Notes: generated by a model from the sequence alone, not told the origin. A stretch of DNA of 64,000 bases from an uncultured Gemmataceae bacterium (GCA_963750165.1 CAVVPN010000011.1:192001-256000); one strand, 5' to 3'; positions 32,253 to 41,839 are shown, numbered from the stretch's first letter. A program made the numbers and translations.

Positions 32253-32588
32253 TTACACCTTGCCGGCCGCGATCAGCGCCGCCAACCCGTCGGCGTGTTT
32301 GCAGCGCTGCCAGCGGGCGTGGCCCTTGCAGCTGCACGTCCGGCTGTCGGCGTCAATGTTGACGTGGTACACGTCCGGCTCGCCGTCGGTGCCGACCTTC
32401 TCGACCGTGAAGCCGCGGCCGAAGTCGGCCGGGAACTCGGTCAGGAAGTAGTCGGCGGTGTCCTTGCCGACGGTGATGCGCACCACGCCGGGGTTGCCCC
32501 CGAAGGGCGCCAGCGCCAGACGGATGGACCGCGCCGGCTTGCTGCGGGGTTTGCGTTGACGGACGGCCGCGGTTGCGGTAGCGTTCAT
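32253..32588 (-). CDS. SWIM zinc-finger protein
   Basis: YHVNI...TCSCKGHARWQRCKH; AAGGA RBS. Confidence 0.75.
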   Translation of the reverse strand: MNATATAAVRQRKPRSKPARSIRLALAPFGGNPGVVRITVGKDTADYFLTEFPADFGRGFTVEKVGTDGEPDVYHVNIDADSRTCSCKGHARWQRCKHADGLAALIAAGKV

Positions 32589-32771
32589 CTGCGTTCCTTT
32601 CTTCGGAAGGAATGCCACGGACCCGGACGGCGCCAACCGTCGCGGGTCCAACTTGATTTCAGGCCCCGTTTGCCTCTTCTCTGGTTGGCGCGACGGGAAC
32701 CAGTCCCCCGCGCCCGTGTCCCGCCCTCCCTCCCGGTTGCCCGGTTCCGAGCGGCTGCTTGTCAAAGAACC

Positions 32772-32836
32772 TTGTCACCAGTGGCGACGATGTTATAATA
32801 CGCTAGTAAGCGCACCGTGTCAACGCTAATTAGCGT
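32772..32836. promoter_or_regulatory. Overlapping divergent sigma70-type promoters with two operators
   Basis: Minus: TTGACA-17-TATTAT (32823 to 32795); plus: TTGTCA-16-TATAAT (32772-32799); palindromes ACGCTAGTAAGCGC (32800) and ACGCTAATTAGCGT (32823). Confidence 0.75.
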
Positions 32837-32879
32837 ATTTTATGGAATTTCTGGTTGTGCCGAAAGGGAGGTTTTCCCC

Positions 32880-33191
32880 ATGAAACCCGAGTGGTTCGCG
32901 GGCCGGTTACGGGAACTGCGCGAGGCGGCGGGGTTGACTCAACAGCAGTTAGCCGACGCGGCCGGGCTGAAGCTGGCCGGGGTCCGCAACCTGGAGCAAG
33001 GGCGGACGTATCCGGAGTGGCCGTCCGTGCTGGCGCTCTGCCAGGCGCTGGGGGTGGGTTGCGATGCGTTCACCACGGAGCCGGCGCGGCAACCGCCGCC
33101 CGGGCGCGGCAGGCCGCCGAAGGCTACCGCCGAACCAGTTGGACAGCCGGAACCGAAGCGATCGAGGGGGCGGCCGCGTAAGCAGACGTGA
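32880..33191 (+). CDS. XRE-family HTH regulator with AT-hook-like tail
   Basis: RLRELREAAGLTQQQLADAAG...LEQGRTYP; GRGRPPK, RGRPRK. Confidence 0.9.
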   Translation: MKPEWFAGRLRELREAAGLTQQQLADAAGLKLAGVRNLEQGRTYPEWPSVLALCQALGVGCDAFTTEPARQPPPGRGRPPKATAEPVGQPEPKRSRGRPRKQT

Positions 33192-33456
33192 GTGGGCCGA
33201 AACGCTCGCGGAACCCTATCGACGTGGGCCGGTCCAAAGCGAGTGGGCCAGTGCCATCCCTCGCCTCGGCCCACGGGTATCCTCATGCTTTCCGTGCTTC
33301 AATCGACGTGTGGGCCGGTTGGGCCGGTCCCCGAGCGGGGGAGAGAAGGGCACCCGATTGAATTGGGAAGTGCGGCTGACCAGGGCAGAAAACGCGCGGG
33401 CCGGCGCTTCCAATCATCAAGGAAGGCCGGCCCGTGAAGAACGGATCGGTGCGGCA

Positions 33457-33645
33457 TCATTTGCAGCTGTCGGCCAGGGTAATGATGGCGCGGCGGACGT
33501 GTTCGGGCAGGTTCGGCCAGGCGTCGATGAGGCGGGCCAGGTCCGCTGGCAGTTCGGGCCGGTCTGTGCAACCAGTGTGCAACCGTGGCCGTTCAGCATC
33601 CAAAACTTCTTGCTGGCCAACATGTTGTGGAGGGTGCTTATCGGA
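33457..33645 (-). other. Alternative integrase C-terminal segment, in frame with int after excision
   Basis: Manual translation: SDKHPPQHVGQQEVLDAERPRLHTGCTDRPELPADLARLIDAWPNLPEHVRRAIITLADSCK, stop at 33459-33457. Confidence 0.7.
33565..33584. promoter_or_regulatory. Putative integrase arm-type sites, right arm
   Basis: Exact copy of the 20-mer at 13997-14016. Confidence 0.7.
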
Positions 33646-33688
33646 TTTTGGTTCTCTTTGTCCAGGTTCGAATCCTGGCCGGGTAACT
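33644..33688 (+). repeat. attR core (3' part of tRNA-Gln)
   Basis: Identical 45-mer to 13823-13867. Confidence 0.95.
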
Positions 33689-33690
33689 CA

Positions 33691-33723
33691 AAAAGCCGCA
33701 AACTTTAAGGGTTTGCGGCTTTT
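33691..33723. terminator. Intrinsic terminator-like hairpin after attR
   Basis: AAAAGCCGCAAAC-TTTAAGG-GTTTGCGGCTTTT. Confidence 0.75.
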
Positions 33724-33727
33724 ATTT

Positions 33728-34947
33728 CTACCTCAATAATAGATAATCACCCAACAATAAACAATAGATACACCTAATCCTATTCCTCCTCCCCGTCGGC
33801 GTTTTCGCCCCGTGCATCCGGGCGAACACGTCCCGCGTCACCGCCTGTTCGTCCAGCGGCACGTAGTGACGCATCAGCGTGTCCACGTTGCATCCGTAAG
33901 CGATGGACGCCTGCCGCATATCGATGCCCGCCTGCCAGGCCAGGGTGAAGGCCCGCTTGCGGAACCTGTGCGTGGTGAGTGTGGGGCGGTCGGGGTTCGC
34001 CTTGCGGTAGTCGGCGAACAGCGTCTCTACCCAGAAGTAGAGTCGCTGGGGGGAAAATTCCTGGTTCAGCTGGTGCGTCGGCCAGCCCTTGGCGACCAGG
34101 GCGGCGCGCAGCCCGGGCAGGTAGTTCTCCCTCAGCCACGTTCCGCCCTTGAACCAGATCCTTGGGAAGCGGCACTGCCCGCTCTTTGCGTCCCTTGGTT
34201 AAATCCGGCGGGAACACCAGTATGCCGCCCTGGAGTTGGCCCGATTTCAGGCTGCACAAATCCATCAGGCGGCAGCTGGTGTATGCCTTCGTGGCGAGAA
34301 ACATTTTCGTGAATGGCCAGTCGCCGAACCGCTCCCCAACCCACTTGTATAACGCCTCGATCAGTTCGTCGGTGGCGTATCGCACCGGCAGCTTGTCGGT
34401 CTTCGGCGGCGCGACATCCTGCCAGGGGTTGCCCTGGAGAAGCTTCAAATCTTCCACGAGCCACTTCTGCCAGAGGGCCGAAAGGCCGCAGATGAGGCTG
34501 GCCATGTAGTGGGACGACGGGAGTTTGTTGCGCCGGCCCGGCGTGGTCATCATCCAGTCACGCCACTTCGCCGCCATGCCGGGCGTCAGCTCCGGCAGTT
34601 CGGTGTTCGCGTAGAGTTTCCTGACCAGACGGATCAGTTTCAGGTAGTAACCGGTGGTGCTTTCGCGGTTGCCCGAGGCGGCGAGCCTGGCCTTCAGCCG
34701 CCCGATAACTTCCTCCCACGTCGCCTTCTCCTCGATCTGAGCCGCGGGGGCGGAACTCACGCTCGATAATCAACCTGGCCGCCTCAACAGCCTGGGCCAT
34801 GCGCGTCTGATTCGTGTCGCGCCTCAGCCGCCTGCCGTCCTTGGTGCGGAAGAAAACGCAGTAAGTGGCGTCGTTGCCGAACATCTTGACGGTAAAGCCG
34901 ACCAGGGTGCCGTGGCAGAGGTGAGAGTGGGGATAGAGGTGCGGCAT
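33728..34947 (-). pseudogene. Second tyrosine recombinase with two frame breaks
   Basis: YTSCRLMDL, TKGRKER.VPLP, THRFRKR, MRHY across three frames. Confidence 0.8.
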
Positions 34948-35332
34948 CGTAACTGCAGGGAAAGTGTATTATTCTCTTGGCCTGGTTTATTGTGTGCCCG
35001 TGAGCCACCCTGGAACAGGGGTGCGAAATAAAAAAGGCCGCCGTCGTGCCGGGTGGTTTTCACTTCCAGGGCTTCCCGCTCAGGAACTTGTCCAGCGCCG
35101 CGTGGGTGAACAGCAGCTTGCGGCCGCCGGCAAAATCGACAAAGACCCTGTTGACGGCACGGGCCATGCGTGTCAAGATGGTTGATTGGATAGGTGCCGT
35201 CGTGAACCGAATGCGAATCCACGGCGTCTTATCCAGGGGGAACGGTTTCGACATCGATTGAGGACGGCTGGCCGCCGCACATGCCAAAACCCTGCGGGGG
35301 CGGCGTCCTCAGTACCAAAGGAGAGCGATTTC

Positions 35333-35872
35333 TTGCCGCCGGGATTTAACGACCGAAGGGACCAACCACGTCCCGATCATCAGCGCGTCAACGAGCAGAT
35401 CCGCATTAGCCCGGTTCGCCTCATCGGGCTCAACGGGGAGCAGCTGGGGGTTGTGCCCACGCAGCAGGCCCTGGATATGGCGCGGGAGGCCCAGCTCGAC
35501 CTGGTCGAGGTGGCGGCTCAGGAGCGGCCGCCGGTCTGCAAAATCATGGATTTCGGCAAGTTCAAGTTCCTGCAGAAGCAGAAGCAGAAGGACAAGACCA
35601 AGCAGCACCACCAGAAACTGAAGGAAATCCGTCTGCGACCCAAGACCGGCGAGCACGACGTGGACACCAAGATCAACCAGGCGCGCAAGTTCCTGGAGCA
35701 CAAGGATAAAGTGCTGGTGTACGTGCTGTTCAAGGGCCGCGAGTTGCAGCACCAGGAGGAGGGGCGGCGCATCATCAACCAGGTGCTGGAAAAGTTGCAG
35801 GATCTGGCCAAGGTGGAGAAACCGCCGGCGATGGAAGGCAAGCGCATGACCGCGATGGTCGCGCCGAAATAA
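35333..35872 (+). CDS. infC: Translation initiation factor IF-3
   Basis: [32 protein letters not shown]; probable TTG start after AAGGAG. Confidence 0.95.
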   Translation: MPPGFNDRRDQPRPDHQRVNEQIRISPVRLIGLNGEQLGVVPTQQALDMAREAQLDLVEVAAQERPPVCKIMDFGKFKFLQKQKQKDKTKQHHQKLKEIRLRPKTGEHDVDTKINQARKFLEHKDKVLVYVLFKGRELQHQEEGRRIINQVLEKLQDLAKVEKPPAMEGKRMTAMVAPK

Positions 35873-36045
35873 CGGCCTGACGTTTTTCCCCCTGCCGCGG
35901 TGCTGCGCTTTCACTACAATCACCCCTCTGCAAGATGGAGCGCAGGGGAGTCACCGAACTTCCGGGACCCCTGGTGACGGCCAGGGGCCCCTTTCTTTTT
36001 TCCCACACCGCCGCCGGGGCGACACGGGTAGAAACGGGCCGTATC

Positions 36046-36246
36046 ATGCCGAAGATGAAGACACACAAGGCTTCCAAGAAGCGCTTCCGCGTTTCCGCCA
36101 CCGGCAAGCTCAAGCGCAGCCAGGCCGGCAAGAAGCACCTGAACAGTCACAAGACCGGCAAACGCAAACGCCACCTGCGCGGGAGCGTCGTTGAGACCGG
36201 CAAGCTGGGCAAGAAGTACGTCTTAATTATGGGCGGCAAGAACTGA
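36046..36246 (+). CDS. rpmI: 50S ribosomal protein L35
   Basis: [14 protein letters not shown]...AGKKH. Confidence 0.95.
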   Translation: MPKMKTHKASKKRFRVSATGKLKRSQAGKKHLNSHKTGKRKRHLRGSVVETGKLGKKYVLIMGGKN

Positions 36247-36313
36247 CCGCCACCGCTTCCATGGGGCCGGCGTTCCAGCCTGCCCCCCGAAGACAGCCAA
36301 GGAGCCAGCCATC

Positions 36314-36688
36314 ATGGTACGCGCGCGCAGCGGCAAGACCCTGACGCGGGGCCGCAAACGCATCCTCAAGCTCACCAAGGGCTTTCGGGCGAGCCGCCAT
36401 AACCTGTACCGCCAGTCGATCGTCACGCTGATCCGCTCGCGGGTGTACGCCTTCCGTGACCGGCGCGTGCGCAAGCGCGACTTCCGCCGCCTGTGGATCG
36501 TGCGCATCAACGCTGCCTGCCGGTCGCGCGGCTTCCGCTACAGCCTGATGATTACCGGGCTGCAGCGCGCCGGCGTCATCCTGAACCGCAAGAGCCTGGC
36601 CGAGATCGCCGTCTACGATCCCGACACGTTTACCAAGATCGTTGACCTGGCGCGCGCCCACCAACCGAAGGCCGCCGCCAGCGCCTAG
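36314..36688 (+). CDS. rplT: 50S ribosomal protein L20
   Basis: YAFRDRRVRKRDFRRLWIVRINAA, LNRKSLAEIA. Confidence 0.97.
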   Translation: MVRARSGKTLTRGRKRILKLTKGFRASRHNLYRQSIVTLIRSRVYAFRDRRVRKRDFRRLWIVRINAACRSRGFRYSLMITGLQRAGVILNRKSLAEIAVYDPDTFTKIVDLARAHQPKAAASA

Positions 36689-36756
36689 CGTTTTCGTTGG
36701 CTCCTTGGTCCAGAGTCCACCAGGGGCCTGTGACCCTGGATCAAGGACCCAACCCC

Positions 36757-37782
36757 ATGTCCGCCGAGTTGACCTCCCTCGAACAACGCGCCACCGCCGA
36801 GTTGAGCGCCTGCGCCGACGAGGCCGCGCTGCGCGCCTGGCACACCAAGTATTTCGGCAAGCAGGGCGAAGTCATCGCCGCGCTCAAGGCGGTGGCCAAC
36901 GTGCCGGCCGCCGAGAAGCGAACCTACGGCCAGGAAGCGAACCGCATCAAGGAAGCGCTCACGCAGGCGTACGAGACGGCCCTGGCCGCCGCCAAGGAAC
37001 GCGCCCTGGAAGCGAGCCTGAAGGCGGCGCCGCTCGACGTGACGCTGCCGGGCCGGTCCATCCCACGCGGCCGTCTGCACCCCGCCACGCGCGTGCTGCG
37101 CGAAATCTGCGCGATCTTCGCGGACCTCGGCTTCCAGGTCTACCGCAGCCGTGAGGTGGAAGACGACCTGACCAACTTCGAGTTGTTGAACATGCCGCCG
37201 CACCACCCGGCGCGCGACATGTGGGACACCTTCCACACGACGACGCCCGGCGTGCTGCTGCGCACACACACGTCGCCGGGACAGATTCACGTCATGAAGG
37301 AATTCTGCCCGGAGCCGATCCGCGTGATCCTGCCGGGCATGTGCTACCGCTACGAGGCGATCACGACGCGCAGCGAGATCATGTTCCAGCAGGTGGAGGG
37401 TCTGGTGATCGGCGAGCGCGTCACGATGGCGGACCTGAAGGGCACGATCACGGCGTTCGCGCGGCGGATGTTCGGCCAGGAACGGCAGGTGCGCATCCGG
37501 TCGAGTTACTTCCCGTTCACGGAGCCGAGCATTGAGGTGGACATCGACTGGCCGAAAGACGACCCGAACGCGGATCGGCTAACGAAGGGCACGGGCTGGC
37601 TGGAGATCATGGGTGCGGGCATGGTGCATCCGACGGTGCTGCGCAACGGCGGCTACGACCCGGAGCGCTACAGTGGTTTCGCGTTCGGCATGGGGCCGCA
37701 GCGCATCACGATGCTGAAGTATGGTATCGACGACATCCGCCTGTTCTGGGGCAACGACCTGCGCTTCCTGGAGCAGTTTTAA
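36757..37782 (+). CDS. pheS: Phenylalanine-tRNA ligase alpha subunit
   Basis: HPARDMWDTF, LRTHTS, YFPFTEPS, GFAFGMG. Confidence 0.97.
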   Translation: MSAELTSLEQRATAELSACADEAALRAWHTKYFGKQGEVIAALKAVANVPAAEKRTYGQEANRIKEALTQAYETALAAAKERALEASLKAAPLDVTLPGRSIPRGRLHPATRVLREICAIFADLGFQVYRSREVEDDLTNFELLNMPPHHPARDMWDTFHTTTPGVLLRTHTSPGQIHVMKEFCPEPIRVILPGMCYRYEAITTRSEIMFQQVEGLVIGERVTMADLKGTITAFARRMFGQERQVRIRSSYFPFTEPSIEVDIDWPKDDPNADRLTKGTGWLEIMGAGMVHPTVLRNGGYDPERYSGFAFGMGPQRITMLKYGIDDIRLFWGNDLRFLEQF

Positions 37783-37783
37783 G

Positions 37784-37878
37784 TTTGATCCACAGATGGC
37801 ACAGATAACACAGATAAAAGACAAAAATACAAATTCAATTGTTTTTATCTGTGTTATCTGTGTCATCTGTGGATCAAA
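37784..37878. repeat. Intergenic palindrome with CACAGAT subrepeats, between pheS and pheT
   Basis: TTTGATCCACAGATGGCACAGATAACACAGATAAAA ... TTTTATCTGTGTTATCTGTGTCATCTGTGGATCAAA. Confidence 0.85.
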
Positions 37879-37906
37879 CTTGGTTTCCTGACGGGTTCAA
37901 CTGACC

Positions 37907-40423
37907 ATGAATGTTTCGTTGCGCTGGTTGCGTGATTATGTCGAGATGACCCTGCCGCCCGCCCAGCTGGCCGAGCGCCTGACACTGGCTGGTCTGGAGG
38001 TCGCCGGCGTGCGCCTGTTTGGCGTGCCCGCGCCGGAGGGGCTGCGCGTCAAGCAGGCGGAGCAGGGTCCCATCTGGGCGCGCGACAAGGTGCTCGTCGG
38101 CGAACTCGTCAGCGTGGACCGCCACCCCGACGCCGACCGCCTGACGGTGCCGACCGTAGCTTACGGCGGCGGCCAGACGATCACGCTGGTTACCGGGGCG
38201 CCGAATATCAAGGTCGGTGACCGCGGCCAGAAAGTGGTGCTCGCCCTGGTCGGGGCGGTGCTGTACGACGGCCACGCCAAGGAAAAAGTGCTCAAGGAAC
38301 TGAAGCCCGGCAAGATTCGCGGCGTGCCCAGCAACGGCATGGTCTGCTCGCTGCTCGAACTGGGCGTCAACGAGGAGCACGGGGGCATCGTCATCCTCGA
38401 CGCCGACGCGCCGGTCGGCACGTCCCTGGCCGACTACCTGGGTGACATCGTGCTGGAGTTGGAGGTGACGCCGAACCTGGCCCGTGCGCTGTCGATGATC
38501 GGCGTCGCCCGTGAGGTCGCGGCGCTGACCGGCAAGACAATCACACTGCCGCCACACAAGATACAGGCCGCCGGCGAGCCAATCGTTGGGCAGGTCAATG
38601 TCACGATTGAGGATCCGAAGCTGTCGGCGCGCTACGCCGCGGCGCTCATCAAGAACGTGAGTATCGGCCCCGCGCCGGGCTGGCTGCAGCGCCGCCTCGA
38701 ATACGTCGGCATGCGGCCCATCAACAACATTGTGGACATCACCAACTATGTGATGCTCGAATGGGGCCAGCCGCTGCACGCCTTCGACTACGACAGGTTG
38801 CGTGAGCGCGCCGGCGGCAAGGCGCCGACCGTCATCGTCCGCCCGGCCCGCGCTGGCGAGGTGCTGGTCACGCTGGACGGGGCCAAACGCGAGTTGACGC
38901 CAGACAACCTGGTCATCGCCGACACCGCCGGGCCGATCGCGCTGGCGGGCGTCATGGGCGGCCAGGAAACCGAGGTCAGCGCCTCGACGAAAAACATCCT
39001 GCTGGAGTCCGCGAACTTCGACTTCCTGAGTATCCGCCGCACCATGAAGGCGGTCAACCTCATCAGCGAGGCGAGCGTGCGTTTCAGCAAGGGCATCCAC
39101 CCCGAACTGGTGCTGCCGACCCTCGAACGCGCCGCGGAGTTGATGCGGCAGCACGCCGGCGGCACACTCTGCCAGGGCGTCGTGGACAACTACCCGGCCC
39201 CGCTGCCGCCGCTGGAGGTCACGCTGCCGCTGGCGGAGGTCGAGCGGCTGCTCGGCACGACCTTCACCGCCGACGAGGCGATGGACACCCTGAAGGCGCT
39301 GCAGTACGACGTGGAGCTGATCGGGCCGGACGTGCTGCGCGCCGTGGTGCCGCCGCACCGACTCGACGTGCAGGCGGGGGCCGCGGACCTGATCGAGGAC
39401 CTGGCCCGCATCCACGGCTACGACCGGCTGCCGGCGACGCTGCTGGCGGATCGGCTGCCGCGACAGCAGACCAATGTGCCGCTGGTCTTCGAGGAGCGCG
39501 TCCGCGACCTGCTGGTGAGCATGGGGCTGCAGGAGGTCATCACCTACGGCCTGACGACGCCGGAGCGCGAGGCGCCGCTGGGCATGGCGGCCGGCGACTA
39601 CGTGACGCTGCTGAACCCGATCAACCCGGAGCGCGCCGCCATGCGCAAGACGGTGCTGGCGGGCGTGCTGGACGTGACCGCGGAGAACCTGAAGCACGAG
39701 GCGGACGTGCGGCTGTTCGAGCTGGGGCCGGTGTACCTGCCGCGCCAGGGCGAACGGCTGCCGGAGGAGCCGCGGCGGCTGGCGCTGGTGCTGACGGGCA
39801 CGCGCCTGGCCGAGTTCTGGACGGACTCCGCCGAGGGCGCCGCGGGCAAACAACCACTGGACTTCTTCGACCTCAAGGGCCTGATCGAGGCGCTGGCGGC
39901 GGACCTGCACTTGCCGGAGGTGCAATATCGACTATCGACGGCAGCGTACCTGCACCCGGCGGCCGCGGCGGAGGTGACGGCGGCGGGCAAGTCGCTGGGC
40001 CACTTCGGCGTGCTGCACCCGAAGGCGGCGCAGGCGTTCGGGCTGGCGAACCGCACGGTGCTGGCGGGCGAGCTGGACGTGGAGGCGCTGCAGGCGGCGC
40101 TGCCGCCGCGGTATGCGTTCCGGCCGGTGCCGCGCTTCCCGGCGGCGCTGCGCGACATTGCGGTGGTGGTGCCGGAGGCGGTGACGGCGGAGCGGCTGGA
40201 GGCGGAGATTCGCGCCGGTGGCGGCGACCTGCTGCGGCAGGTGTGGCTGTTCGACGTGTACCGCGGCGAGAGCATCGCGCCAGGTACCAAGAGCCTGGCG
40301 TACGCGCTGACGTATCAGGCCGACGACCGCACGCTGACCGACAAGGAGATCGACAAGGCGCACCAGAAAGTACAGGCCCGACTGCAGCACGTCCTCCAGG
40401 CGACGGTGCGCGGCAAGGAGTGA
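37907..40423 (+). CDS. pheT: Phenylalanine-tRNA ligase beta subunit
   Basis: HPDADRL, GAPN, INNIVDITNYVMLEWGQPLHAFD, DLIED, LFDVYRG. Confidence 0.97.
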   Translation: MNVSLRWLRDYVEMTLPPAQLAERLTLAGLEVAGVRLFGVPAPEGLRVKQAEQGPIWARDKVLVGELVSVDRHPDADRLTVPTVAYGGGQTITLVTGAPNIKVGDRGQKVVLALVGAVLYDGHAKEKVLKELKPGKIRGVPSNGMVCSLLELGVNEEHGGIVILDADAPVGTSLADYLGDIVLELEVTPNLARALSMIGVAREVAALTGKTITLPPHKIQAAGEPIVGQVNVTIEDPKLSARYAAALIKNVSIGPAPGWLQRRLEYVGMRPINNIVDITNYVMLEWGQPLHAFDYDRLRERAGGKAPTVIVRPARAGEVLVTLDGAKRELTPDNLVIADTAGPIALAGVMGGQETEVSASTKNILLESANFDFLSIRRTMKAVNLISEASVRFSKGIHPELVLPTLERAAELMRQHAGGTLCQGVVDNYPAPLPPLEVTLPLAEVERLLGTTFTADEAMDTLKALQYDVELIGPDVLRAVVPPHRLDVQAGAADLIEDLARIHGYDRLPATLLADRLPRQQTNVPLVFEERVRDLLVSMGLQEVITYGLTTPEREAPLGMAAGDYVTLLNPINPERAAMRKTVLAGVLDVTAENLKHEADVRLFELGPVYLPRQGERLPEEPRRLALVLTGTRLAEFWTDSAEGAAGKQPLDFFDLKGLIEALAADLHLPEVQYRLSTAAYLHPAAAAEVTAAGKSLGHFGVLHPKAAQAFGLANRTVLAGELDVEALQAALPPRYAFRPVPRFPAALRDIAVVVPEAVTAERLEAEIRAGGGDLLRQVWLFDVYRGESIAPGTKSLAYALTYQADDRTLTDKEIDKAHQKVQARLQHVLQATVRGKE

Positions 40424-40543
40424 GCGGCCGCCGCATGCACCCCTTGCCTGTGCCAAATCGCGTTGCTGGTTGGCGTTACCAGCCCGGAGCGCCAGATCGA
40501 GTTCCCCGTCGCTGGCGCTTCGGGCTGGTTTTGCAACGGCTTC

Positions 40544-41756
40544 TTACCACGGGTAGTAGTATCTCCAGTGATACGGGGGGTGATAGTAGACCGGCGGCGG
40601 CGCCTGGATAATGGTCTGCTGCTGCCGCTGCGCCGCGGCGAGCGCCGCATCCGTCGAAGCTTTATTCGCCGCAATGTCTGCCAGGAGCTTTTGGTATTTT
40701 TTATCCTCCTCGCGTTTATCGTCTTCAAACTTGCGCTTCTCCGCCAGGAACTTGTCTTCCAGTTCCCGCCGCACCTTCTCGTCGGTGATCCCGCGCAGGG
40801 CCGCCAGGTGGTTTTCGCGCAGTGCGCTCTTCCTGGGTCGCGAGCCTGGCCATCATGTCGCGAATCTGGGTTTTGTATTCCAACTCCTGTCGCGCCATGC
40901 GCTCCGCCTCGGCCTTCTTGCGCTCGACCTCCGCGTTCGCCAGATCGATTTCTTTTTTCTGGGCCGCGAGGTCTTCCGTTTTGCCGCCGCGAAGGATGGC
41001 GGGGACCAGGAGCAGCAGCAACAGCAGGACGACGGCCCCGATCGCGAGCATGCGCGGGGACACGGTGTACGAGCCAATGGTGATCCCGTGGGCCGGTGCC
41101 GCGGCCGGCGCACCGGGGGCGGCGCCGGCCGCCGTGGGCGTCGTGTATCCGCCCGGAATGCCGGCGGCCGGAACCCGGTTCTCGTTGCTCGCCAGGAGGG
41201 TGCGGTTCAGGTTGGGTTGCTGGGTCGCCGGCGCCGCCGCCGGCACCTGCAACCGCTGGCCGCAGGCGGGACAGGGTTTCTTGGTGCCGGCCTCGTTCGC
41301 CGGGGACTCCAGGGGTTTTTTGCAGTTGGGGCAGTTGTACTTGATCGGCGGCGGTGGCGGCGGCGCCGGCGCCCGTTCATCGGAGGCCATCATCGTCTTG
41401 TTCAGATTCGGCGCCGGCGCCGCTGCCGTGGTCGGCGGCGGCGCGGCGGGCACCTGCAACCGCTGGCCGCAGGCGGGACAGGGTTTCTTGGTGCCGGCCT
41501 CAATGGACGGGGCCTCCAGAGACGCCTGGCAACGCGGGCAATTGTAGTTGATCACCGGTCCCGTGTCGCCGAGCATGGTTTTCTGGAAGCCTGGGTCGGG
41601 CTGGGCCGCTGGTTTGCCGAGGACGTTGGGCTTCGGAGCGGTCCTGCCCGCGAAGAATGGCGATTGGCAATGAGAGCAGACAAGGCGTTTGCCCATGTCC
41701 CCCTCGGGGATTGACATCACGGATTGGCAGGCGGGGCAAGAAACCTGTGCAAACAT
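40544..41756 (-). CDS. Membrane protein with three zinc ribbons and coiled-coil tail (frameshift near 40820)
   Basis: Three CxxC...CxxC units, TM helix, coiled coil; identical 53-bp repeat at 41242-41294 and 41449-41501. Confidence 0.7.
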
Positions 41757-41839
41757 GTTAGGTTACTCCAGGGAGTGTATGCCTTCGGGGATTCCTCAGG
41801 CGACAGGAGCGAAACCAGGCAGTCAATTGCCAGTTGCCG

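Larger units (their letters stand above)
13823..33688. mobile_element. Integrative element (satellite- or IME-like) in tRNA-Gln
   Basis: 45-bp terminal direct repeats, integrase at one end, primase-helicase, AlpA-like and XRE regulators. Confidence 0.9.

Noticed and set aside
32806..32812. GTAAGCG as the second IS66 end
   Set aside because: Same orientation as 27709, short match, and better explained as part of an operator.
33644..33688. Second tRNA gene
   Set aside because: Only the 3' part is present; no 5' acceptor strand or D arm.
13823..33688. Complete prophage or ICE
   Set aside because: No capsid, tail, large terminase, lysis, relaxase or T4SS genes recognised.
4134..37878. CRISPR interpretation of the CACAGAT-type repeats
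   Set aside because: Isolated palindromes with no repeat-spacer array and no cas genes.
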